In this document: piece after piece, positions 29,058-38,005 of the stretch
Layout: each line of letters opens with the position of its first letter
Position numbering within the stretch: the stretch's first letter is position 1
DNA from: a virus
Lineage: Duplodnaviria > Caudoviricetes
Strand: one strand, 5' to 3'
Virus record (IMG/VR): IMGVR_UViG_3300032245_001172
Span: 1-62,209 of that record
DNA: 62,209 bases
Notes under the pieces: generated by a model
Databases searched by the model: none
The model's input: the letters and a program-made list of their open reading frames with translations, nothing else
What the model was told of the DNA's origin: nothing
Made by a program: the position numbers and the translations under genes

Positions 29058-29065
29058 TTAAAAAT

Positions 29066-29093
29066 AGCTGGAGGAGTAAAATTCTCCAGCTTT
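29066..29093 (+). terminator. hairpin, possible terminator
   Basis: AGCTGGAG...CTCCAGCT followed by short T run. Confidence 0.55.
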
Positions 29094-29105
29094 AAAAAAA
29101 ATGTT

Positions 29106-30290
29106 ATGACAAAGAAATTAATAGGTAATCAATCAAGAATTGATATGAATAAAAATGGCAGAATTGATGCCGAAGATTTTAAAATTTTACGTTCATCAAT
29201 GAATGGTGCATTTAGAAACGAAAGAAAGCACGTTAATCATAGTGAAGATTATGAAGTACGTTATGCAAAGCCAAGACCAAATAGAACTGGATATAAAGGA
29301 AAACGTAGTTTTGATGATGGTGGTTCAATTGATGCTTTTACAATAAGAATGGTAAGAGGAACATCTGGTAAACCAACGGAAGTTGTTTCAGACCCAAGAG
29401 AAGTAAAATTTGCTACTGGTGGTGGTGTAGAATATGTACCAGTAAATCAAAAAATATCTAAAAAAGAAAAAGATGAATTTTTAGAATATATTGATGGATT
29501 TTATGGTAAAAAAGGAATTTATGCAGATGATTTAAAAGGTGGTTTTTCTAAAATAGAATTAAGAAAAGCAATGAATACATATTTAAAACAATTAGGTTCA
29601 GCACCTACATGGGGATATGGAGATTCTGTTGATAGAGAAAGAGTTAGACAAATACTTCAACCATCATACAAAATGTTTAATGAAGGTGGTTTTATGTCAA
29701 GATTATTAACTCGTAAAAAAGACCAACCAAAAGTTGAAACTATTAATGAAGATATTGATTTAAAAGATGATTCAAGAATTAGAGTAAAGTCATCAAGTTT
29801 TGTTAGAAAAGATAAAGAAGGAGATTGGATGATGAAAAAAAATTCATCTAAAGAAGCAAGAGCATACGCTGGTGGTGGAAAAATTACAATAAGAAATATT
29901 GATTGGGCAAACGCTGATAATAAAAAATTAGGTGTTTGGTTATTAACATCAGTAGATGGAAATAAAATATTGCAAAATTCAAAAAACGCAAAAGAACTTG
30001 AAGAAAATGTAATGGATTATTACAAAAAAAGAGGTTCAATAGCAAGAATGAAATGGGATGAAGATGAAGATGAAGGTTTATCTTGGGTAACTTTCGGTGA
30101 TTTATTTTTAGAAATAAAATCATTAGGTTCTGAAAAGAAACTTGAAGGTGGTGGTAAAACAGAAACTCCAGCAAAAAAAGGAAAAGGAAACCACAAAATG
30201 AAAGCTACTACTGATTTAGCAAGAAAAATCCGTAAGGATGGAGAAAAATGGACAGATGCTATAAAACGTGCAAGTCAGCAACTAAAATAA
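29106..30290 (+). CDS. GG-punctuated modular protein with N-terminal EF-hand-like loop
   Basis: DMNKNGRIDAEDF; five xxGG motifs; NERKHVN..EDYEVRYAKPRP shared with 25674. Confidence 0.75.
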   Translation: MTKKLIGNQSRIDMNKNGRIDAEDFKILRSSMNGAFRNERKHVNHSEDYEVRYAKPRPNRTGYKGKRSFDDGGSIDAFTIRMVRGTSGKPTEVVSDPREVKFATGGGVEYVPVNQKISKKEKDEFLEYIDGFYGKKGIYADDLKGGFSKIELRKAMNTYLKQLGSAPTWGYGDSVDRERVRQILQPSYKMFNEGGFMSRLLTRKKDQPKVETINEDIDLKDDSRIRVKSSSFVRKDKEGDWMMKKNSSKEARAYAGGGKITIRNIDWANADNKKLGVWLLTSVDGNKILQNSKNAKELEENVMDYYKKRGSIARMKWDEDEDEGLSWVTFGDLFLEIKSLGSEKKLEGGGKTETPAKKGKGNHKMKATTDLARKIRKDGEKWTDAIKRASQQLK

Positions 30291-30308
30291 ATTTTAAAAA
30301 TATATATT

Positions 30309-31091
30309 ATGATTAAATTCACAATAGTAAACGGAAGTTTACAAATATCAAGAGGAACAACAAATGTTCTTTATATGCCAAATTTATACATTGGATTAGA
30401 TTCATTAAGTTTATATGAAGCTGAACCAAGAGTTATTTTATTTAATATTACTCAATCGCCAAGTTTTGTGGTTTTTGAAGGTCTATTATCTGAATGTACA
30501 GATGATGTTGGCACACCATTTACTTTAAATTCATTTTTAACTTTTGCTTCAAATTATTTTGGTACTTCTTCTTCAACAATAATAGCTGGAGATGTAAATG
30601 CTTTTATTACTAATGATGTAAATAATCCAGTGCCTATAACTGGAACTGGTGTTGGTGGTGCTATTTCTGTAACTGGTGCTTTAACTGATGCTCAAATTAG
30701 AGCAACACCTTTGCCTATTAGCCCAAGAGCAAACACATTAGGAACTGGTGGAACAACACCATATAAATTAATTTCAACTGCTTCTACAAATGCAAATAGT
30801 GTAAAAGGAAGTGCTGGTAATTTATATTCTATTGTAGCAATTGGACAAACAAGTACAATTAGATACTTAAAGTTATATAACAAAGCAACTGCACCATCTG
30901 TTGGTACAGATGTTCCAGTAATGACTATTCCAGTTCCAGCTAATTTGCAAGGTGCTGGTGTTTCTATTCCTTTTTCTATGGGAGTAAATTTCTCTTTAGG
31001 AATAAGTCTTGCTATTACAAGTGGTTCAGCAGACAATGATACTGGTGTTGTAGGTGCTGGAGATGTGATTCTTAATTTAACTTACGCATAA
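30309..31091 (+). CDS. putative virion spike/decoration protein
   Basis: G/T/S/A-rich beta composition; RYLKLYNKATAPSVGTDVPV. Confidence 0.55.
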   Translation: MIKFTIVNGSLQISRGTTNVLYMPNLYIGLDSLSLYEAEPRVILFNITQSPSFVVFEGLLSECTDDVGTPFTLNSFLTFASNYFGTSSSTIIAGDVNAFITNDVNNPVPITGTGVGGAISVTGALTDAQIRATPLPISPRANTLGTGGTTPYKLISTASTNANSVKGSAGNLYSIVAIGQTSTIRYLKLYNKATAPSVGTDVPVMTIPVPANLQGAGVSIPFSMGVNFSLGISLAITSGSADNDTGVVGAGDVILNLTYA

Positions 31092-31092
31092 T

Positions 31093-31875
31093 ATGTTAAC
31101 GTTATTAGGAGTAGGACAAGGACAAGTATCCACTTCATTTGATGCAGATTATCAAGCTGTATTAGATAGAGGTACAGCTTTAGGTTATACTTTACCAACA
31201 GATGGACAAAAAATAAAACAAAATCAATTATTAATTAATTTAAAAGCTAATGGTATTTGGGCAAAATTAGATGTGTTTTATAACTTTGCTAATGATGGAA
31301 GTTCTGGATTTGCAACATTAAATTGGAAATCACCAACAACAAGACAATGTACATTAGTTGCTTCTCCTAACTTTATATCAAATCAAGGTTTTCAAGGTAC
31401 AGGAACAAGTTATATAAGTACAAACTTTAACCCTACTATTGGTACAAATCAATATACTTTAAGTAATGCGAGTAGGTATATTTATATGTATCAAGGAGTA
31501 AATTCTGCAAATGTTTCTTTAGATGGTACAAGTTCCACTACAATAAATGGAATTAGAAGGGAAAGCAGTACAAGTCAAAGAATAAACCAAAGTACAAATC
31601 CTTTAAGTCTGCCTTTTGATTTTACAATAACAAGAGGTATGAAATCAATACATAGAACAAGCTCAGTAAATGTTAGTTTATATAATGATACAATAGGTGC
31701 TAATTTAGGTTCTTTAGAGGTTTCTCTTGCAAACTCTATCCAATTTATTTTAAGAGGGTATAATGCAACTACTTACGGAACACATACTATATCTATGTAT
31801 GCGATGGGTTCCTCTTTAGTTTCTGAAAACACAAATTTTGTTAACACTTATGATACATATATAAATTCAATCTAA
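31093..31875 (+). CDS. putative receptor-binding/spike protein
   Basis: DADYQAVLD...GIWAKLDVFY N-terminus, then S/T/N-rich beta region. Confidence 0.55.
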   Translation: MLTLLGVGQGQVSTSFDADYQAVLDRGTALGYTLPTDGQKIKQNQLLINLKANGIWAKLDVFYNFANDGSSGFATLNWKSPTTRQCTLVASPNFISNQGFQGTGTSYISTNFNPTIGTNQYTLSNASRYIYMYQGVNSANVSLDGTSSTTINGIRRESSTSQRINQSTNPLSLPFDFTITRGMKSIHRTSSVNVSLYNDTIGANLGSLEVSLANSIQFILRGYNATTYGTHTISMYAMGSSLVSENTNFVNTYDTYINSI

Positions 31876-31876
31876 T

Positions 31877-32083
31877 ATGAAAGTATTACACGCAAACGAA
31901 GAACAATATAAAAACCTAAATGGTTATAAAAACGATTTTTCATTATTGGAATTTACCAAAGACGCATTTGATAGATGGATAGTCGGCATGGGTGTTTTAA
32001 AAGACCCTAATTTTATAGAAATTCACGACCAGTTAAATGAATTGGAAGAAATAGAATATGTGCCAGTTTTGGAAGAAGAATAA
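31877..32083 (+). CDS. small acidic protein, possible fibre chaperone
   Basis: Follows the putative spike gene. Confidence 0.5.
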   Translation: MKVLHANEEQYKNLNGYKNDFSLLEFTKDAFDRWIVGMGVLKDPNFIEIHDQLNELEEIEYVPVLEEE

Positions 32084-32177
32084 AACATTATAAAACAAAT
32101 AATTACGACTTTAAAAGTAAGTTGTTTATAAAAAAATATTATATTTGTAAATTATTAACTTAAATAAAAAGAAAACT

Positions 32178-32564
32178 ATGGACAAAATTGAATTGTTATT
32201 AAAGGAATTAGATAATCGTGTACCTAAAAGTGTAGGTTTGAAATTGGATGAATATTATGATTTATGCGATAGATTAGAAGTCGCAGAAGAAGAATTAAAA
32301 GAAAATCCATCTACTGAAAATCAAGAGAAATATGATGAAGCAAATCAATATGTAGCATCATTAAACTCAAAAATAGTTTCACAATTAACTGATTTAGTAA
32401 AAGCAAAAAAAGAAAATGTAGCTGGAACACCAGCACCAATTGTAACACCAGCTGAAACACCAAAAGAAGAAAAAAAAGGTGTAAGTATTTTTGGAATAGC
32501 ATTAGGTGTAGTTTTATTAGTTGGAACTGCTGGAGCATACAATTACTTTTCAAAAAACAAGTAA
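32178..32564 (+). CDS. membrane protein (C-terminal TM)
   Basis: GVSIFGIALGVVLLVGTAGAYNYFSKNK; promoter at 32140. Confidence 0.75.
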   Translation: MDKIELLLKELDNRVPKSVGLKLDEYYDLCDRLEVAEEELKENPSTENQEKYDEANQYVASLNSKIVSQLTDLVKAKKENVAGTPAPIVTPAETPKEEKKGVSIFGIALGVVLLVGTAGAYNYFSKNK

Positions 32565-32582
32565 TTAATTAAATTAAATATT

Positions 32583-32708
32583 ATGAACACAAAAACAAAA
32601 GCATTAGTAGTTACTGGATTAGCAATAGTAGGTGCATTATCAGTTTACATGTTTCTTATGAAACCAAAAAAGAATGATGATGGATTTTACAATATGTACG
32701 GATATTAA
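32583..32708 (+). CDS. 41-aa single-TM protein
   Basis: Read manually, MNTKTKALVVTGLAIVGALSVYMFLMKPKKNDDGFYNMYGY. Confidence 0.7.
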   Translation: MNTKTKALVVTGLAIVGALSVYMFLMKPKKNDDGFYNMYGY

Positions 32709-32713
32709 TATTC

Positions 32714-33007
32714 ATGGCATATAAAATCTTACCATATAGCTTTAGAAAGGCAAAAGAGTTAGGGGTGGTTATAAAACCATCCACTAACTTTTTGAAAAAA
32801 ATTGATGTCTTTAAAGATGGTAAAAAAATTGCTTCAATAGGTGCAAGAAGTATGAATGATTACCCAACGTATTTAGAAAAAGAAAAAAAAGGGTATTACC
32901 CAAAAGGGTACGCAACCAAAAGAAGAAAGTTATATAAAGATAGGCATGAAAAAGATAGGAACGTAAAAGGTACTAACGGATATTATGCTGATAAAATTTT
33001 GTGGTAA
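32714..33007 (+). CDS. DUF5754-like basic protein
   Basis: KKIDVFK.GK.IASIGA..M.DYPTY...KRRKLY..RH...GYYADKILW. Confidence 0.65.
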   Translation: MAYKILPYSFRKAKELGVVIKPSTNFLKKIDVFKDGKKIASIGARSMNDYPTYLEKEKKGYYPKGYATKRRKLYKDRHEKDRNVKGTNGYYADKILW

Positions 33008-33744
33008 TGGCAGATTATAGAAAAGCGTTATTTTCAATTAAATTACAAGTAGGCGGTTTAAAATACAATCTTTTGGGTGGAGAAATTCCATGCAATTTAG
33101 GTTTTGAAACCGACCCAGAAGAATTGAAAAAATGGCAGTTTCTAAAAGATGCACCAGTTAAAACAGAATTGAAATACAATCAAAACAAAGGTATAAACTG
33201 GAGTGTTTTTAAATCATATTCTGACGAGTATATTTATGAACCCACTTGTGAAAACTTTAAAGAAATGCCAGACCAAATATGGAATACAATATTCAAAAAA
33301 CAATATTGGGATAGTATTAATGGCGACAAAATAAAAAATCAAGGAGTTGCAAATATGATTTCTTACATTGCTTTAAAGAGTAATGGTATAATTTTATCAT
33401 CTGCATTACTTGAAAGTAAATTAAAAGATTTCGGATTTAAGCCAAAAGCAAAACCTAATCAAAATATACTTACATTAAATATAAGTAAATTAGATGATGA
33501 ATATATTGATTTCATTAATGATTTAGATGCTAAAGGTAAAAGTCCAGAATTATTTGATAAATTATTTTTTGGATATGAAAGTGATATTATACCATTAGAC
33601 CAAAGAAAAGAAAATGAAAATTTAATAAATTCATTTTATCTTTTAAACAAACCTTACGCAAGTTCGTTTAAAGATAAAACTTTATTTATAGGTGGTATTT
33701 TAGGTGTGATAGGTGGATTAGTAATTTTAAGTAGGTTAGAATGA
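33007..33744 (+). CDS. GH108-like muramidase paralogue, probably inactive, C-terminal TM
   Basis: Aligns with 34292 (NKGI.W..FK, W..I.GD.IKNQ..AN) but has QVGG in place of AEGG. Confidence 0.6.
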   Translation: MADYRKALFSIKLQVGGLKYNLLGGEIPCNLGFETDPEELKKWQFLKDAPVKTELKYNQNKGINWSVFKSYSDEYIYEPTCENFKEMPDQIWNTIFKKQYWDSINGDKIKNQGVANMISYIALKSNGIILSSALLESKLKDFGFKPKAKPNQNILTLNISKLDDEYIDFINDLDAKGKSPELFDKLFFGYESDIIPLDQRKENENLINSFYLLNKPYASSFKDKTLFIGGILGVIGGLVILSRLE

Positions 33745-34292
33745 TAAATTTAGGAGATTATAGTGGTGTAAATGTAGGAGCAATTTTTACAACTGATATT
33801 CCAGTTGCAGAATTGTATGATTATAACCATCCAGCAAGACCAATTTATTTAGAATTAAGTAAAAAATATCCACCAATAGTAGGTAATAATTCAGTAATAA
33901 AATTATTTAATACAGATAAATTAGATAGTAGCACTTGTGTTAGAGTAGATGAAGATATTAAAAAAATATCGGATGAAATTTTAGAATTACAAAAAGTAAC
34001 ACCAGCACTTACTGGATATGCTTTAGCAACATCAAGAGATGTAAATGTATTAAAGCTGGAAGTATTAAGACAAATTCTTTTACAATATAAAAAAAGTTTT
34101 AATAAAGGAGAATGTACAGATACTTTAGAGCAAATGAAAGCAGAAGCAAATGCTAAAATTTTGACTAAAGAAGCTATAAAATCTGAAAAGCAAGTTTTGG
34201 AAAAAAACTATAAAGAACAATATTTATATATTGGTGTAGGTTCAGTTATATTGTTGGTAGGATTATATATTGTAACACGAAGTAAAAAATAA
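33741..34292 (+). CDS. Cys-containing helical protein with C-terminal TM
   Basis: KNYKEQYLYIG.GSVILLVGLYIV shared with 50039. Confidence 0.7.
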   Translation: MINLGDYSGVNVGAIFTTDIPVAELYDYNHPARPIYLELSKKYPPIVGNNSVIKLFNTDKLDSSTCVRVDEDIKKISDEILELQKVTPALTGYALATSRDVNVLKLEVLRQILLQYKKSFNKGECTDTLEQMKAEANAKILTKEAIKSEKQVLEKNYKEQYLYIGVGSVILLVGLYIVTRSKK

Positions 34293-34996
34293 TGGCAGAT
34301 TATAAAAACATAGTATCATTCATTAGAAAAGCAGAAGGAGGTTTGTCGTCAGCACAAACCGATAGTGCAAAACAAAATCCTTCTCCTTGTGGTAATGGTA
34401 AAAATGGTAAACCATATCATACTAATAAAGGTATTCAATGGATTACGTTTAAAGGTCTGGCAAGTAAAGGTGGTTACACTCCTAATTGTTCAAACTTTAT
34501 AAATATGCCAGATTCAGTTTGGTTAAAAGTTTATAAAGTTGGATTTTGGGATGTAATTCAAGGAGATAGAATAAAAAATCAAGCAATCGCAAATTCATTT
34601 GTTGAGATGACTTGGGGAAGTGGTTTAGGATGCAGTAATTTTTCCAAATGTAAGTCTGGAACAATTCCATTCTTAAATCAGTTTTTTAAAAAATATTATA
34701 ACGTAAATCTTTCATCTGTAACTGAATATGTAGATTTTGTTAATGAATTAGATAAAAAAGGTAAAAGTTCAGAATTATTTGAAAACTTAAACGAGTTTAG
34801 AGCAAACAAATATGTTGCTTTAAATCAGCCAAAAAATTTAAAAGGATGGTTGAATAGGTTAAGTGGTTTTTATATTTTAAACAAACCTTATGCTTTATCA
34901 AGTACAGAAAAAAAAAACTTATCTAAAGGATTAGGTGGTGTGATAGTAATAGTATTAATAGCATATTTATATAAGCAATATGGAAAATCAAGATAG
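34292..34996 (+). CDS. GH108-like lysozyme with C-terminal TM
   Basis: FIRKAEGG, TNKGI, FWDVIQGDRIKNQAIAN, WGSG, KGWLNRL. Confidence 0.75.
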   Translation: MADYKNIVSFIRKAEGGLSSAQTDSAKQNPSPCGNGKNGKPYHTNKGIQWITFKGLASKGGYTPNCSNFINMPDSVWLKVYKVGFWDVIQGDRIKNQAIANSFVEMTWGSGLGCSNFSKCKSGTIPFLNQFFKKYYNVNLSSVTEYVDFVNELDKKGKSSELFENLNEFRANKYVALNQPKNLKGWLNRLSGFYILNKPYALSSTEKKNLSKGLGGVIVIVLIAYLYKQYGKSR

Positions 34997-35135
34997 TACA
35001 GAAATTAAAAAAGAAGTAAATTCACAAGTTCATAAACATTTATCAACTATATTTGTAGTAGTAGGTATTGTTTCTTTTACATTAGGAGCAATTGTGAATT
35101 ATTACACAATTAAACGATTAAACGGATATAAATAA
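34980..35135 (+). CDS. 51-aa single-TM protein
   Basis: Read manually, ...LSTIFVVVGIVSFTLGAIVNYY. Confidence 0.65.
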   Translation: MENQDSTEIKKEVNSQVHKHLSTIFVVVGIVSFTLGAIVNYYTIKRLNGYK

Positions 35136-35542
35136 TGAAAATAACTGGAAAAATATTAGACTTTAATGGTTTGCCTTTAGGGAAAACAACTATTAAAAAA
35201 ATTACTGGAACAAACGCTAATAATGTTGGTGTTTTTTCACAAGATAATGGTTTCTTTGAATTAGAAAGCGATACTATTGCACCAGACGATATTTTTCAAA
35301 TTTCTTATTTAGGATTTACACCACAAACATATAAAGCATCTGTTTTACAAAATAAAACAATATCTTTAGACCAATATATTGAAGGAATTGAGCCAGTTTT
35401 AGTAGTTGGTTCAGTCAATAAAAAAACCAAAGAAATTACAAACAACTTCAAACTACATTTAAACAAACACAAAATGTTATACGCTGGGATAGGTGGATTA
35501 TTAGGATTAGCGTTAATTTTTACATCAATTAAAAAAAGATAA
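35135..35542 (+). CDS. carboxypeptidase-regulatory-like domain protein with C-terminal TM
   Basis: ITGKILD.NG.PL...DNGFFEL...ISYLGF. Confidence 0.7.
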   Translation: MKITGKILDFNGLPLGKTTIKKITGTNANNVGVFSQDNGFFELESDTIAPDDIFQISYLGFTPQTYKASVLQNKTISLDQYIEGIEPVLVVGSVNKKTKEITNNFKLHLNKHKMLYAGIGGLLGLALIFTSIKKR

Positions 35543-35543
35543 T

Positions 35544-35876
35544 ATGGAAACACAAGTAGATGTGTCAGCACCAGCACAAGTAGTTGCACCAGCACCAGCA
35601 GTTGCACCAGCAGTTGCTCCAGCACCACAAACTCCTCAAATGGAAAGTGGTGGTTTTATGGAAAACGTAACTAAACCAAAAATGAAATTTGTAGATTTAT
35701 TTATAGTTGGATTAATAATCGCAACTCAAATTTACATGATTATTGATACGAGAAAACGTATTAAAAAAGAAAATGAAGCACCAACAAAAGAGGAATTTGA
35801 TAATTTTGTTGATGATTTTAAAGAAGTGCAATACAATGTTCAAAAAGCATTAGGTAAGAAATATATCAAAACATAA
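35544..35876 (+). CDS. membrane protein with Ala/Pro-rich N-terminus
   Basis: (APA)n leader, MESGG, then TM. Confidence 0.7.
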   Translation: METQVDVSAPAQVVAPAPAVAPAVAPAPQTPQMESGGFMENVTKPKMKFVDLFIVGLIIATQIYMIIDTRKRIKKENEAPTKEEFDNFVDDFKEVQYNVQKALGKKYIKT

Positions 35877-35887
35877 TAAATTAAGTT

Positions 35888-36463
35888 ATGGCAGTAAAAA
35901 GTTCATCCGAATTAAAAAATATGACTAACGACCAGTTAGTTACATATTTAAATGGATTAAGTAAAGCAGATTTCAATAGTTACGTTGATGCAGATACTAA
36001 AGTTCGTTATTTTATTTACCTATATGGAGATGGAATAGCAAGAGGAATAAAAGGTACTGGATTGTTTTTTTCAGCAATTACGGCTTTAAAAATTTTGGAA
36101 TCTGGTTATGGTAGAAATATACCATTAAATTCATTTAATTTTGGTGGTGTAAAATACAATCCAAACATACATGAAGATTTTGTTTTATCTGATACTTCTG
36201 AAATAGTAAAAGGAAAAAGAGTATTTATAAAGGCAAAATTTGCTAAATTTAAAGATGCAGAAGATGGAATAAAGAAAAATATTGCAGTTTTATTAGGAGA
36301 TAGATATAAAAATGCTCGTTTGAACGCAAGAAGTCCAGAAGAACAAATTAAACTTATTGCAAAAGCTGGTTACACAACAACACCATCAACAAGTTATTTA
36401 AAATTGATGCAAGGAAATATTGATAGAGTAAGAAAGAAAACTGGATTTGGTAGAATACAATAG
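35888..36463 (+). CDS. glucosaminidase (GH73-like)
   Basis: ILESGYG, NFGGVK, AGYTT..Y. Confidence 0.8.
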   Translation: MAVKSSSELKNMTNDQLVTYLNGLSKADFNSYVDADTKVRYFIYLYGDGIARGIKGTGLFFSAITALKILESGYGRNIPLNSFNFGGVKYNPNIHEDFVLSDTSEIVKGKRVFIKAKFAKFKDAEDGIKKNIAVLLGDRYKNARLNARSPEEQIKLIAKAGYTTTPSTSYLKLMQGNIDRVRKKTGFGRIQ

Positions 36464-36465
36464 TT

Positions 36466-36621
36466 ATGAGTAAAACATTAAAATATACATTAGTAGGATT
36501 AGGATTGGCTGGAGTGTCTTTCTTATCATTTTTAACATGGAAAAGATTTTTAGAAGCAAAATGGGATGGTACAAATGTAACATTACAAGAAGCAGAAAGT
36601 ATAATTAATAACGTAAAATAA
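36466..36621 (+). CDS. 51-aa single-TM protein
   Basis: Read manually, MSKTLKYTLVGLGLAGVSFLSFLTWKR... Confidence 0.65.
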   Translation: MSKTLKYTLVGLGLAGVSFLSFLTWKRFLEAKWDGTNVTLQEAESIINNVK

Positions 36622-36634
36622 ATTAAAAAAAAAT

Positions 36635-36895
36635 ATGAAAACAAAAGATGTATTATTAGTATTAGGTGGAGTAGCAGTAGGTTATTACGCTTGTAGAATG
36701 AATTGGATGAGAAAATCCAAAATGAAAGTAGAAGAAATAGCAACAGATGTTAAAGATGTTGTTGTTGATACTGCAAAAGCAACAAAATGTGAAGCAGAAT
36801 GGAACGATAAAATCGGTTCAGTTACAAGATTTGCTACAACAGAAGCTATGGAACAATCAAAGTCAGCATACGTTAAAGATTGCTTAACAAAATAA
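36635..36895 (+). CDS. N-terminal TM protein
   Basis: MKTKDVLLVLGGVAVGYY. Confidence 0.7.
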   Translation: MKTKDVLLVLGGVAVGYYACRMNWMRKSKMKVEEIATDVKDVVVDTAKATKCEAEWNDKIGSVTRFATTEAMEQSKSAYVKDCLTK

Positions 36896-36900
36896 AAACT

Positions 36901-37545
36901 ATGAATTTAGACCAAGTAACTTATGGGAATCCAACAATTGAGCAAAAGAAATATCTTGAAGAAATTTCTATTGTAGATGATTTGTTTCCAAAACTAAAAC
37001 AAGATTCATTTCCACTTACAAGTTCTGAATTAGTAAAAGACGAATTAAACGAAATTGTTGATTACATATCAGATATTTCAAGTGAAGGTAATGAATCTTA
37101 TTTAGCAAGGTACAAGTCTTATGATAGAAGTTTACTTCAAGTTATTATTGCTACTTTTAAAGAAAAAGAAATTGATGTTGAAGAATTGTGTAAAAACATT
37201 TTAGAAGATGTAAAACCACTTCTTTTAAAATTAAAATATCATTTTCAAAGACCAAGACCAAAACAAGTAGCACAATACTACAAACTAAAATTATTTCCAT
37301 ATTCAAGTTTTTCAGCAGACACACCATCATATCCATCTGGACATACTTTAGAAGCGTATGTTCTTTTGAATGTTATTGCAGATAAATACCCAAATGAATA
37401 TCAATTTTGCAAAGAAATGATAAATGATATTGCTTATAGTAGAATTTATTTAGGTTTACATTTTGCTACTGACAATGATTTTGCTAAATTTGTAGGGCAA
37501 GAAATATTAAAACATCCAAATTTTACAAAAAAGTATGAAATATAA
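36901..37545 (+). CDS. PAP2-family phosphatase
   Basis: K..FQRPRP, PSYPSGH, SRIYLGLHF..D. Confidence 0.85.
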   Translation: MNLDQVTYGNPTIEQKKYLEEISIVDDLFPKLKQDSFPLTSSELVKDELNEIVDYISDISSEGNESYLARYKSYDRSLLQVIIATFKEKEIDVEELCKNILEDVKPLLLKLKYHFQRPRPKQVAQYYKLKLFPYSSFSADTPSYPSGHTLEAYVLLNVIADKYPNEYQFCKEMINDIAYSRIYLGLHFATDNDFAKFVGQEILKHPNFTKKYEI

Positions 37546-37555
37546 ATAGGATAAA

Positions 37556-38005
37556 ATGAACCAAGAAACTAAAACCAACAACGTTACAAAGATATTTTTG
37601 GAGTTAAATAAGACTTTAGAAGTTATTGGAGTTGAAAAACTTATTGAAATTTTAAAAATTTCAAGAGAAAATGATACAGATTTACACGATGATATAATCG
37701 TAAAATCCAGAATGATAATTCAAATTGTATGTGATGAATTTAAAATTCAGTACGATGATTTCTTTTCTCGAATGAGAAAAAACAATCGTAGATATGCAAT
37801 TGGAATTACTGCTACTATTTTAAAAGACATTTTAAAACTTGATGTTGCAGATATTTCTTTTTTATTAAAAAAACCAAACAATTTAATTTCTATTTATTCA
37901 AATGAAGTTATGGAATTGAATCCACGACACAAATCTGATATAGTAATTATCGAAAAAATTGAAAACATAAACACCAAACTTAAACAATTAGATTATGGAA
38001 ATTAA
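37556..38005 (+). CDS. DnaA C-terminal-like HTH protein
   Basis: IIQIVCDEFKI...SR.R...YA..I..IL.......DIS..L. Confidence 0.5.
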   Translation: MNQETKTNNVTKIFLELNKTLEVIGVEKLIEILKISRENDTDLHDDIIVKSRMIIQIVCDEFKIQYDDFFSRMRKNNRRYAIGITATILKDILKLDVADISFLLKKPNNLISIYSNEVMELNPRHKSDIVIIEKIENINTKLKQLDYGN

